A stretch of DNA of 64,000 bases. It comes from Patescibacteria group bacterium (GTDB taxonomy: Bacteria > Patescibacteriota > Patescibacteriia > SG8-24 > DYFX01). Of this stretch, positions 1-11,504 are shown one piece after another. Where the stretch lies: the NCBI GenBank assembly GCA_030583805.1, contig CP129476.1:902657-966656 (forward strand), given 5' to 3'. The first letter of the stretch is position 1; every line of letters begins with the position of its first letter. The position numbers were made by a program, and so were the translations under genes. The notes under the pieces are model-generated. The model made no database searches. It was not told the origin of the DNA and worked only from the letters and a program-made list of their open reading frames with translations.

Positions 1-3
1 GAC

Positions 4-33
4 AACCGCTGGAACTGAACCGGCGGTTTTTTA
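4..33. terminator. GC hairpin (accgcugg/ccggcggu) + T6; bidirectional terminator 3' of rlmH
   Basis: inverted repeat with U-G wobble followed by TTTTTT; sits just past rlmH stop. Confidence 0.45.
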
Positions 34-501
34 ATAGTGATACGTCTTCCCGGCAAGCACCGTCATTGCCCGGTACAACTGCTCAAAGAGGATGGCGCGC
101 GCTTCGCCGTGGGTGAAGGTCATGGATGAGAGGGAAAGCTTGTACTGGCAGCTCGCGGCCAGCTCCGGATCGAGCCCGAGCGGCCCTCCTATAAGGAAGA
201 CGATTTCGCGTCCGCCCTGGCCTTCGCGGTCGAGCAGCTCCGCGAACTTTTCGGTGGTCACGGATTTTCCTTCCTTTATAAGCGCGACGGCAAATGCTCC
301 GTCGGCCACTTTTTTCTTCAAAGATTCGGCCTCCGCGCGCATGACCGCGGAGGCTTCATGCGCCGATTTAAAAGGCGTCTCCGCCACCTCCACGACGGAA
401 ACTTTGGCGAACGGCGAAAGACGTTTTTGGTACTCCGCGATCGCGTCCTTCCAGAACGGTTCTTTCAGCGACCCGACGGCGGCAATGGTGAGTTTGAACA
501 T
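31..501 (-). CDS. rlmH: 23S rRNA (pseudouridine1915-N3)-methyltransferase RlmH (SPOUT)
   Basis: 156 aa; full-length resemblance to YbeA/RlmH family (LIGGPLGL..., C-terminal ...RA...TNHPYH-like). Confidence 0.8.
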   Translation of the reverse strand: MFKLTIAAVGSLKEPFWKDAIAEYQKRLSPFAKVSVVEVAETPFKSAHEASAVMRAEAESLKKKVADGAFAVALIKEGKSVTTEKFAELLDREGQGGREIVFLIGGPLGLDPELAASCQYKLSLSSMTFTHGEARAILFEQLYRAMTVLAGKTYHY

Positions 502-569
502 AGGCTTGCAACAAGCATACCCGCTTCGCGAAAAGAAAAAAGCCTCGCCAGTCGGCGGGCTGCGAAGCG

Positions 570-1172
570 CTACGGTTTCTTGCCCTCTTTGTTGAGGCGG
601 TGATCGTACGCGGCGAGGAAGCGCAGGGTCGCCCGCTCGGGATCCGTGTTTTCCTTTTCACTCCCGAGCGTGACGCTGACGATGGATCGGATACGATCCT
701 CGATCTTCACGACGACGGCCATGCCGCCCTGTGCGATCGCTTCCAGCACGGCTTCGACATTGCCGTACCACGTCGGCTGGTTCCCGCGACCGTTCGGCGC
801 GTAGAGCGCGATCGGATAGAAGGTGTACTCGCCGGAACAGAGGCGCAGCTCCTCAGTGACGGCCGGCGAAGCGTATTGCAGCGCGAGCGCGAGGACGTTC
901 GCCCAAGGCCGTTCGCCGCCCTTCCTGATCGCTTCCGCGAGATCCGCCCGAAAGACCTGCCATCGCTTGTTCTGGCCCTTGATGAGCCGACCCCAGACGA
1001 GGTGGTGCTGATACCGGAGCGTGTCGAACGTCATGAAATCCGAGCGTAGATCGTCGATCTTGCGTTCCCCGGCCACGACGCGCACGACCATTCGGAACAG
1101 CGCATCGATCTTCTGCTGTCGTTCCTCGTGTTCTTCGGCCCAGCGAGCCCCTTCGCTCAATCCGTCGCTCAT
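570..1172 (-). CDS. hypothetical protein (200 aa)
   Basis: long ORF, strong SD AAGGAGG 6 nt upstream of ATG; no recognisable family. Confidence 0.55.
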   Translation of the reverse strand: MSDGLSEGARWAEEHEERQQKIDALFRMVVRVVAGERKIDDLRSDFMTFDTLRYQHHLVWGRLIKGQNKRWQVFRADLAEAIRKGGERPWANVLALALQYASPAVTEELRLCSGEYTFYPIALYAPNGRGNQPTWYGNVEAVLEAIAQGGMAVVVKIEDRIRSIVSVTLGSEKENTDPERATLRFLAAYDHRLNKEGKKP

Positions 1173-1244
1173 GCGTTCCTCCTTGTCGGTCTGCGGCCAT
1201 GATGCCCAGGTAAGACGGGCGCGTCAACAAAAAACGCCAGCTTT

Positions 1245-1637
1245 TCAGGAGCTGGCGATGAGGCGGCGCGTTCCCCGGAAGGAGCCTTCCTCCAAGAAGT
1301 CGTTGATCGGCACTTTCGTGATGCGCCCGCTGTCGGGATCGACATGCACGATGTCCCGTTCCTTGCCTCCGACGAACACGCCGAGGTGGCCGGCGTACCG
1401 CTTCGTCGGCAAGAGGCGTGCCGGCTTGCCCGTGCGGAAGACGACGTCGGCAGGGTCGAGATCCGAACCGACGACCGGGGCGCCTTTGTCCCAGATGGCG
1501 ACGAGGTCCTCTTCGAGCTCGATGTCGGCATGGCGGAAGAGCCAGACAATGAACTCGATCGGATCATAGTTTCGTTTGCCGATCGCTTCCGCGGCGATCT
1601 CCGCGATCTGCTTTCCGCTAACGCTTTTTCGGCCCAC
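1245..1637 (-). CDS. hypothetical protein (GTG start, ~130 aa)
   Basis: ORF frame 1245-1763; start placed at GTG 1637 preceded by AAAGGAGG SD; avoids overlap with upstream small membrane ORF. Confidence 0.45.
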   Translation of the reverse strand: MGRKSVSGKQIAEIAAEAIGKRNYDPIEFIVWLFRHADIELEEDLVAIWDKGAPVVGSDLDPADVVFRTGKPARLLPTKRYAGHLGVFVGGKERDIVHVDPDSGRITKVPINDFLEEGSFRGTRRLIASS

Positions 1638-1842
1638 GCGGATCCTCCTTTCCAGAATGCGGGTGATCGCTAGACGTGGTGTCCGACTGCGCGCGCTTCT
1701 TACGCAATCGGTGTTTGTGGATCTTGCTGTCGACCCAGAATGCGAGGAGAACAAGACCCGCATATCCGTAGACGACGAGCGTGAGAATGAGCCTCGGATC
1801 GCTTCGTTGGACGCGATTGTCCTCTGGTGCGTGCTCCTTCAT
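1618..1842 (-). CDS. small membrane protein (74 aa, one TM helix, basic C-tail)
   Basis: ATG at 1842 preceded by AAGGGGG SD; hydrophobic segment LILTLVVYGYAGLVLLAFWV. Confidence 0.4.
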   Translation of the reverse strand: MKEHAPEDNRVQRSDPRLILTLVVYGYAGLVLLAFWVDSKIHKHRLRKKRAQSDTTSSDHPHSGKEDPRGPKKR

Positions 1843-1937
1843 CGGAACGACCCCCTTCGAGTGAGCTGACACGAGCCTAGCAGATGGCGGAAAAATCATC
1901 TATGGCAGTACCGATATTTTATCTAATATTAGCGCAC

Positions 1938-1966
1938 TTGACAGTCTCTCAGCACTTCACTAAAGT
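1938..1966 (+). promoter_or_regulatory. rRNA promoter P1: TTGACA-17-TAAAGT
   Basis: consensus -35, 17-nt spacer, -10-like hexamer, ~525 nt upstream of 23S. Confidence 0.45.
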
Positions 1967-2017
1967 GCCGCCTGTTACCGCGTTCTTCACAGAAAGAAAC
2001 GAGTCCAAAGCCTGCTC

Positions 2018-2046
2018 TTGACAGGGAAAACGGACTCCTCTATACT
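2018..2046 (+). promoter_or_regulatory. rRNA promoter P2: TTGACA-17-TATACT
   Basis: near-consensus sigma70 promoter; TATACT -10 recurs at other promoters in window. Confidence 0.6.
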
Positions 2047-2135
2047 GTGGACAACTTAAAACTGCCACTTTGCGTAACGCACTCCACAACAGAGTCGAAG
2101 CGTAACCGAGCCATGGCCACCTCCTTTCAAAGGAG

Positions 2136-2165
2136 CTCTGGAACCGCTTGGAAGGCGGTTTTTTA
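2136..2165 (+). terminator. terminator-like hairpin (aaccgc/gcgguu) + T6 inside rRNA leader
   Basis: 6-bp GC stem, 7-nt loop, TTTTTT; lies between P2 and 23S 5' end, preceded by CCACCTCCTTTC motif. Confidence 0.4.
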
Positions 2166-2491
2166 AGTCCTTGAACGGCGCACCTTCGTAAGAACTTGTG
2201 AATCGAGACGGGAACTCCTGGCTACCTACGGGACTGCTACTCTACTGCAGACACTACGAGGTCCAGTTCCCATCCCGGTTCGTAAGTCGAAGTCCATGTA
2301 GAAACGGACGCAATCCCTGACCGCAAGGCGGGGGCCACGACAGACGGACGGAACCTTGACAACTGAATACAGACGAAATGACGTCAAGATAGATTAGAAA
2401 TGGGTACAGTACATACAAGTACTGAATTGAATTGCAATTGAAAGCGAGAATGTAAGTGAAACTGCTGGAGCACATCGTGCTTCAGTAGTTG

Positions 2492-5600
<3,109 letters not shown>

Positions 5601-5781
5601 AACTACTGAAGCACGAGTGCTTCGAGCGAACGCAAGTTCGTAAGAAGGACTAGTACTTTCTACCCAAAAATCCGTCCGAGAGAGCAATCTTTCGGAATCG
5701 GAAACGTCATCATTCTGTATTCTTTGTTGTCCCGGCGAAAGCCGGTAAATCAAGGCGATACGATACCTAGTGGTAACGTTT

Positions 5782-5897
<116 letters not shown>

Positions 5898-5904
5898 TTT
5901 ATGT

Positions 5905-5932
5905 AAAAACTCCTCGAAAGAGGAGTTTTTGC
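5905..5932 (+). terminator. intrinsic terminator of rRNA operon
   Basis: aaaaacuccuc-gaaa-gaggaguuuuu perfect hairpin + U-run. Confidence 0.75.
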
Positions 5933-5994
5933 TTTATCTTGACTTGCAGGAAGTTTCGTGCAAAAGTCCGCGTGTCAAAAAAAAGGAGGATCTG

Positions 5995-6447
5995 ATGCCG
6001 CCGACGTTACGTTCGGTCGATGATAGCTCATTTGCGGAGATGGTCGAGCCGTTGCTCACGGCTGCACGCGATGCTCGCCGATATGCGCACGCACCGTACT
6101 CGAAGTTTCAAGTCGGTGCCGCGCTTCTCGTCAGAGGGCACATCTTCACGGGGGTGAACATCGAGACCGTCGATTACCTGGTGACGCATGCCGAGGGGTC
6201 TGCCATTTCCGCCATGCGCGCGGCGGGGTACGGCGAGATGCAGATGATCGTGGCTGTTGGGGCGATGCATGCCTCGCCGCCAGATCAAGCGCCCGTCGTT
6301 ACGCCCTGCGGCAAGTGCCGGCAGGACATCTACGAGTGGGTGATGGGGACGCGCCACGACATCGACGTGATCGTACCCGATCCGGTCTCGAAGGAGCTCC
6401 GGCTCTGCTCGATCCGCGAGCTTCTCCCGCTGTCATTCGGCGGCTGA
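5995..6447 (+). CDS. cdd: cytidine deaminase
   Basis: HAE...PCGKCRQ zinc-binding CDA motifs; AAGGAGG SD before ATG 5995. Confidence 0.85.
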   Translation: MPPTLRSVDDSSFAEMVEPLLTAARDARRYAHAPYSKFQVGAALLVRGHIFTGVNIETVDYLVTHAEGSAISAMRAAGYGEMQMIVAVGAMHASPPDQAPVVTPCGKCRQDIYEWVMGTRHDIDVIVPDPVSKELRLCSIRELLPLSFGG

Positions 6448-6483
6448 TAACCGATCAGCCGTCTTTTTATTTGTCCGGGACTC

Positions 6484-6512
6484 TTGACAATTCCGGATAG
6501 AAATGATAGTCT
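6484..6512 (+). promoter_or_regulatory. promoter-like TTGACA-17-TAGTCT at start of ORF-free region
   Basis: consensus -35 with 17-nt spacer; no coding ORF downstream for ~0.7 kb. Confidence 0.35.
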
Positions 6513-7216
6513 AGCCTTTGTCCCTTGGTGGAAACCTTGGGAGAGGACAAGGGAAGCGGCCCACGCTTGAACCCCCGGAATGGCTTAGGAGCGACGGCGC
6601 TCCTGGCCCGGATACCTAGAGTTTGGGCTATTACCGGCCGCCGTAAGGCAGCCATCACCCGTAACGCTCCAGGAGGAGATCCCATGAAGGACCCGTCGAA
6701 GCACGTCTTCTACACCACCTTCTAGCTCGACATCGGCGCCGGCGACAGCCACGACGCGGGGCGGACAAAAGACGTCCGCCAACGCCTCGTGGCACATGCC
6801 ACCACCTGCCACGGAGGAACCGTGAAGAGCATCCAAGCACACTTTCTGTAGTTGCCATCCGGCCTACATATCGCGAGAGGCACGAATACAGCCCTCTCGA
6901 ACGACGCCGATTCGGATCATTCGCGGCCTGCCGCGACGCCATTCAGGTAAGGCATGAACCCTGAGATCCGTATCGACGCAACCGCCTTCGATGAAGGTCG
7001 ATCCAGTGTCTGATGTACGTGAGGCCGCTCGAGTGCGCCATGCTGCGACTTGAGCCGCCGAAGTCATCCGGAGAGGATCCGACACCGCCGTTCGCACGGC
7101 AAGAAGGCATCCGGCACGCGCCCGGACACACAACGCGTCGTTCGCAACGTAGCGCTCACGTTGCACAGAGCCGTCTCGCGCATCTCAAGCGGGCGGCTCT
7201 TCCTTTTTTTTGGCGC

Positions 7217-7245
7217 TTGATTCTCGTTGAAAAAAATGCTATACT
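7217..7245 (+). promoter_or_regulatory. promoter TTGATT-17-TATACT
   Basis: good -35/-10 with 17-nt spacer immediately after a T8 run. Confidence 0.55.
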
Positions 7246-7294
7246 GTCTTCAGCGATAGAGAGCCAGAACCTTCCACCCTGATTTCGACTTTGG

Positions 7295-7334
7295 ACGGAC
7301 TCGGCTTTTGATTGCGCGAGTCCGTTTTATTTCG
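7295..7334 (+). terminator. intrinsic terminator/attenuator ~50 nt downstream of promoter (possible ~80-nt sRNA end)
   Basis: 9-bp stem acggacucg/cgaguccgu, 13-nt loop, followed by UUUUAUUU. Confidence 0.45.
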
Positions 7335-7357
7335 GAAAAGAAACTCAAACAAAAGGT

Positions 7358-7522
7358 ATGGCGACGTGCCTGTGCGTGGGTGAGCTCTGCGTGTGCGAGG
7401 CGATTCATGTGCCGCCTGAGCTTCCATTTTGGAAAAAATACGACCGAACCGTAAACGGCTTTGTCGCTTGGGTGGCCGTTTTGAATGCGGCGATGCTTGC
7501 GGCCCTTCCGCTCGTCATGTAA
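7358..7522 (+). CDS. candidate small protein (54 aa): Cys-rich N-term (CLCVGELCVC) + C-terminal TM helix
   Basis: ORF below 60-aa cutoff found by eye; weak SD (AAAAGG); contains second terminator-like hairpin (aaacggc...gccguuu) inside. Confidence 0.25.
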   Translation: MATCLCVGELCVCEAIHVPPELPFWKKYDRTVNGFVAWVAVLNAAMLAALPLVM

Positions 7523-7536
7523 TCTCAAAATAGACC

Positions 7537-7722
7537 ATGCCACATATGGAGGCGCCCATGCTCGATCCCTGGATCATCAAGAAAATCCAAGAGGAGGAAG
7601 AGAAGCGGCGCCGTAAGGATGAGCACCATGCTCCGCCGCCCCTTCCGCCGCCCCCGCCGGAACCTCAGCCGGAAAAGAAGGACGAAGATAAGGATCGGGG
7701 AGTGACGATCATCGATATCTGA
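7537..7722 (+). CDS. small low-complexity protein (61 aa; alt start 7558 after GGAGG SD), E/K/R- and Pro-rich (PPPLPPPPPEPQPEKK)
   Basis: ORF with GGAGG 5 nt upstream of internal ATG 7558; followed by terminator. Confidence 0.35.
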   Translation: MPHMEAPMLDPWIIKKIQEEEEKRRRKDEHHAPPPLPPPPPEPQPEKKDEDKDRGVTIIDI

Positions 7723-7733
7723 GTCCCGACCAT

Positions 7734-7758
7734 CCCCTGCCTGCGCAGGGGATTTTCA
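7734..7758 (+). terminator. intrinsic terminator (ccccugc-cugcg-caggggauuuuc)
   Basis: perfect 6-7 bp GC stem + U-run after small ORF. Confidence 0.55.
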
Positions 7759-7815
7759 TTTGCCAAGAAAAACCCTCTCGCGTATGGTGGATCCAGTTCT
7801 TCGAGGAGGGCAGCC

Positions 7816-8538
7816 ATGCGGTTTAGTGGTAAGGGTTTGTGGCCCATCCTTAGCCTTGTCCTGATCCTGGGCGCTTGTGCCCCGAATACGTTCCGCGCGC
7901 GCGGAACGGTTCTACACCCGCTCCATGATCCGAAGGCGGACAATCCGGAAGAAGGACGTGCACCGCTGCTCCTCGTGATCAAACGCAAGGAAACGCGCGT
8001 GCAGGTGAAGCACACCATCGTCGGCCCCCAGAACAAACCGAAGGCGCTCACGTTCCTCGGCGAGTTCTGCGAGATCCTGACCGACAAGACCACAGGGACG
8101 CGCGTCGTCTTCCAATGCCTGCTCTTCTCCAACTACAAGGACGAGCTGGTGGAGATGAAGCAGTCCTTCACGCTGAAACTCCCTGACGGCCGCAAGCTCA
8201 AGGGCGAGTTGCACGCGAAGAACGCGCTGCAAGATCATACGTCCACGATTACCGGCGCCCACATGCAGACGCATATGGTCGTTCGGGACCGCGACAACGG
8301 CCAAGTGAGGCGCTATCGGCACGTCGAAGAAGTCGCGAATGAGTTTCCGCTGTTCTCGCGGATGTTCAAGATCGTCTTCTATGCCGAAGGCACGGGCGCG
8401 CTCGGCACGATCCTCGACACCGACACGTCGTTCCTCGAGCTTTCTATCGATGGCTACCAGCGGCGCTGGATCTATCACTTCGACTTCACGGACGATCCGA
8501 ATGCCGCAATGCGGTGGTGGATTGACCACATGGAGTAA
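7816..8538 (+). CDS. putative lipoprotein (240 aa), unknown function
   Basis: signal peptide with lipobox-like LILGAC; GGAGG SD. Confidence 0.6.
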   Translation: MRFSGKGLWPILSLVLILGACAPNTFRARGTVLHPLHDPKADNPEEGRAPLLLVIKRKETRVQVKHTIVGPQNKPKALTFLGEFCEILTDKTTGTRVVFQCLLFSNYKDELVEMKQSFTLKLPDGRKLKGELHAKNALQDHTSTITGAHMQTHMVVRDRDNGQVRRYRHVEEVANEFPLFSRMFKIVFYAEGTGALGTILDTDTSFLELSIDGYQRRWIYHFDFTDDPNAAMRWWIDHME

Positions 8539-8605
8539 ACCCGGCCTAGGCCGGTTTTTTTGTTGTTTGATAAAGCGCCTCAGAGCGGGTACGTTGGAAG
8601 TACCT

Positions 8606-10435
8606 ATGTGTGGAATCGTCGGATACATCGGAACGCGCCCCGCTCTCCCCATCCTGATCCGCGGGCTGCGTTCTCTTGAATATCGGGGATATGATTCTGC
8701 CGGCGTGGCGACGCCCGGTACGGACGGACTTCGGATCGTCAAAGCCTCAGGACGGCTTGATCGGTTGATCGAGCGTGTGGAGCAGACGGTCGATGATACG
8801 GCGACGATCGGAATCGCTCATACGCGCTGGGCCACCCACGGGCCGCCGACTGAGGCCAACGCGCACCCGCACGCCGATTGTTCCGGCGCCGTTGCCGTGG
8901 TACATAACGGCATTATCGAAAACTTTTCAGAATTGAAGCTCTGGCTTGAAAAAAGCGGACATCGCTTCGTCTCAGAAACGGACACGGAAGTGTTGGCGCA
9001 CCTGATCGAGGAATACCATGAAAACGACCTGTCCGCTTCGGTGCGGGCGGCGCTCAGGCATCTGCGAGGAACATACGGTCTCGCCGTCATGCATGCGGCG
9101 CATCCGCGCGAAATCGTCGTGGCGCGCCTCGGCAGCCCGATCGTGATCGGCATCGGAACGGGGGAGACGCTCGTCGCCTCGGACCCGTCAGCGCTCGTCG
9201 GCACGACGCGCAACGTCATGTATCTCGATGACGGAGAAATGGCGCGGCTCGACGCCTCGGGCGTGCAAGTGACGACGCTGCAGGCCGCGCCGGTGGAAAA
9301 AGCGCTGCAGGAAATTCAGTGGACTGAGAAAGAAATCGAGAAGGGCGGCTTTGCGCATTACATGCTGAAGGAGATGCATGAGCAGCCTGAAACGGTGCGA
9401 TCGGCGCTCCGCGGACGCCTGGCTTCCGACGGAGGCGTAACGCTCGGTGCCTTCAGCGATCTGCGCGCGGCACTTAAGGATATGCGCCGCATTCAGATTA
9501 TCGCCTGCGGTTCGGCCTACTACGCCAGCCTCGTCGGCGCACAAATGATCGAACGCTTGGCCAGGATCCCCGTCTCCGTCGATCTCGCTTCCGAGTATCG
9601 TTACCGCGAACCCGTCATGCCAAGCCGCACGGCGCTTCTGGCCGTCAGCCAATCGGGCGAAACGGCCGACACGCTCGCCGCGCTCCGTCTCGCCAAGAAC
9701 GCGGGGTTGATGACCATGGGCATCGTGAATGCGGTCGGTTCGACCATCGCCCGCGAAGTCGATGCCGGCATCTATAACCACGCGGGACCTGAGATCGGCG
9801 TGGCTTCGACAAAAGCGTTCGTATCGCAGCTGTCGGTCTTCCTCGTGTTCGCCCTGGCGCTCGGGCGTGAGCGCGGTCTGCCGCCGGATGAAGCGGAGCG
9901 GATTGCAAAGGCGCTTGAGCTCCTACCGATGCAGATTGAGCGCGTGCTGCGGTCCCGCGACCAGGTTGCCGAGTGGGCGTCCCAGCTTTCCGAAAAACGC
10001 CACGTCATGTATCTCGGGCGCACGCTGCATTATCCGATCGCGCTTGAAGGCGCGCTGAAGCTGAAAGAAGTTTCCTATCTGCACGCCGAAGGCTATGCGT
10101 CCGGCGAAATGAAGCACGGGCCGATCGCCATGGTCGAAGCGGGGTTCCCGGTCGTAGCGCTCGCTCCGCACGACGCCGTATTCGAGAAGGTGAAAAACAA
10201 TTTGGAAGAAGTCCGGGCACGCGGCGCCAAGACGTTTGCCGTCACGACGCCCGAGGGCCTCAGAACGCTCGGCCGGGCCGCCGACAACGCGCTCGAGATC
10301 CCGACGACGCACCCGCTCGTTCAGCCGATTTTGTCCGTTATTCCGCTCCAGATGCTCGCTTATGAAACCGCCGTTGCCAAAGGACTCGATGTCGACAAGC
10401 CTCGAAATCTCGCAAAATCCGTCACGGTTGAATAG
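8606..10435 (+). CDS. glmS: glutamine--fructose-6-phosphate aminotransferase (isomerizing)
   Basis: N-terminal MCGIVGY Ntn nucleophile, two SIS domains, C-terminal ...KSVTVE; 609 aa. Confidence 0.95.
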   Translation: MCGIVGYIGTRPALPILIRGLRSLEYRGYDSAGVATPGTDGLRIVKASGRLDRLIERVEQTVDDTATIGIAHTRWATHGPPTEANAHPHADCSGAVAVVHNGIIENFSELKLWLEKSGHRFVSETDTEVLAHLIEEYHENDLSASVRAALRHLRGTYGLAVMHAAHPREIVVARLGSPIVIGIGTGETLVASDPSALVGTTRNVMYLDDGEMARLDASGVQVTTLQAAPVEKALQEIQWTEKEIEKGGFAHYMLKEMHEQPETVRSALRGRLASDGGVTLGAFSDLRAALKDMRRIQIIACGSAYYASLVGAQMIERLARIPVSVDLASEYRYREPVMPSRTALLAVSQSGETADTLAALRLAKNAGLMTMGIVNAVGSTIAREVDAGIYNHAGPEIGVASTKAFVSQLSVFLVFALALGRERGLPPDEAERIAKALELLPMQIERVLRSRDQVAEWASQLSEKRHVMYLGRTLHYPIALEGALKLKEVSYLHAEGYASGEMKHGPIAMVEAGFPVVALAPHDAVFEKVKNNLEEVRARGAKTFAVTTPEGLRTLGRAADNALEIPTTHPLVQPILSVIPLQMLAYETAVAKGLDVDKPRNLAKSVTVE

Positions 10436-10510
10436 GGCTCGCAGGACCCGTCGTTGCGGGTCCTACCGCGTATTGCCACGGCAGCTTTAAAGGCGTATCA
10501 TCCTGGCACT

Positions 10511-11266
10511 ATGATTCGCACTGTTATTCTGGCTGCCGGAAAAGGCAAGCGCATGGGTCCATCAGACCTTCCCAAAGTCCTGCATGAAGTACTGGGCAAA
10601 CCGATGCTTTGGTACGTGCTTGAGGCCGTCATTGCGTCCGGCGTCGACGCCAAACCGGTCGTGGTTGTCGGTCATTTGGCGGAGAAGGTACGAGACATCT
10701 TTGGAGACCGCTGCGAGTACGCGTTGCAGACTGAAACCAAGGGGACTGGCGATGCAGTGCGCCGCGCGCAGGCGCTGCTCGAAGGCGCCGCCGACGACGT
10801 GATGGTGCTGGTCGGTGACCAGCCGTTTACCACGGCCGCTTCGGTGCGCAGAATCGCGGATACGCACCTCGCGAGCGCGGCCACGCTGACGATCGGCACG
10901 GTGACCGTCCCTGACTACGAGGGCTGGCGAAAGCCATTTGCTGATTTCGGACGCATCGTACGCGGCGCGGACGGTACGGTCGCCCGCATCGTCGAGGTAA
11001 AGGACGCCAGCCCGGACGTTTTGGCGATCCGTGAAATTTTCCCCAGTTTTTACTGTTTTAAGGCCGATTGGCTGTGGAAAAGCTTGGCGACGCTGACCAC
11101 GGACAATGCCCAGGGCGAGTATTATCTGACGGCGCTGCTTTCGAAGGCGATTGAGGACGGCGTCTCCGTCATGACGGTGCCGATCGCGCCTGAGGAGGCG
11201 CTCGGTATCAATACGCTTGAGCAGCTTGAGATTGCGGAACGATTGATGCGTGAAAAAAAATTCTAA
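10511..11266 (+). CDS. glmU: UDP-GlcNAc pyrophosphorylase domain only (GlmU N-terminal uridyltransferase, 251 aa; no LbH acetyltransferase domain)
   Basis: VILAAGKGKRM...DLPKVLH, QTETKGTGDA, NAQGEYYLT, GINTLEQL match GlmU N-domain; ORF stops at linker. Confidence 0.8.
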   Translation: MIRTVILAAGKGKRMGPSDLPKVLHEVLGKPMLWYVLEAVIASGVDAKPVVVVGHLAEKVRDIFGDRCEYALQTETKGTGDAVRRAQALLEGAADDVMVLVGDQPFTTAASVRRIADTHLASAATLTIGTVTVPDYEGWRKPFADFGRIVRGADGTVARIVEVKDASPDVLAIREIFPSFYCFKADWLWKSLATLTTDNAQGEYYLTALLSKAIEDGVSVMTVPIAPEEALGINTLEQLEIAERLMREKKF

Positions 11267-11318
11267 AAAAGAAAAACTTCCGCAAGCATGGGGCGGAAGT
11301 TTTTCTTTTCGGAAGATC

Positions 11319-11390
11319 TTAGATCTTCTTCTTCTTTTTCGCCGCCTTCTTCTTACCACCCTTCTTCGCGGCTTTCTTCTTCTTTGCCAT
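11319..11390 (-). CDS. 23-aa Lys-rich peptide MAKKKKAAKKGGKKKAAKKKKKI
   Basis: strong SD GAGGAGGTGA 7 nt before ATG; extended -10 TGgTATACT ~50 nt upstream; terminator downstream. Confidence 0.4.
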   Translation of the reverse strand: MAKKKKAAKKGGKKKAAKKKKKI

Positions 11391-11504
11391 TCGAATCACC
11401 TCCTCTTTAACGATATCGATCGCTTAATGCGATCCTCGTACGTCCATAGTATACCACAATTTTTTTTCGCGAGAGCGCGTCAACGACGCAACTGTGGATA
11501 AATT

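Noticed and set aside
6467-7215. First suspected to be RNase P RNA or tmRNA because of its size and location
   Set aside because: No GGAAAGUCC P4 block and no tRNA-like 3' end. The genuine rnpB is at 55.9-56.4 kb. Kept only as an unexplained candidate ncRNA.
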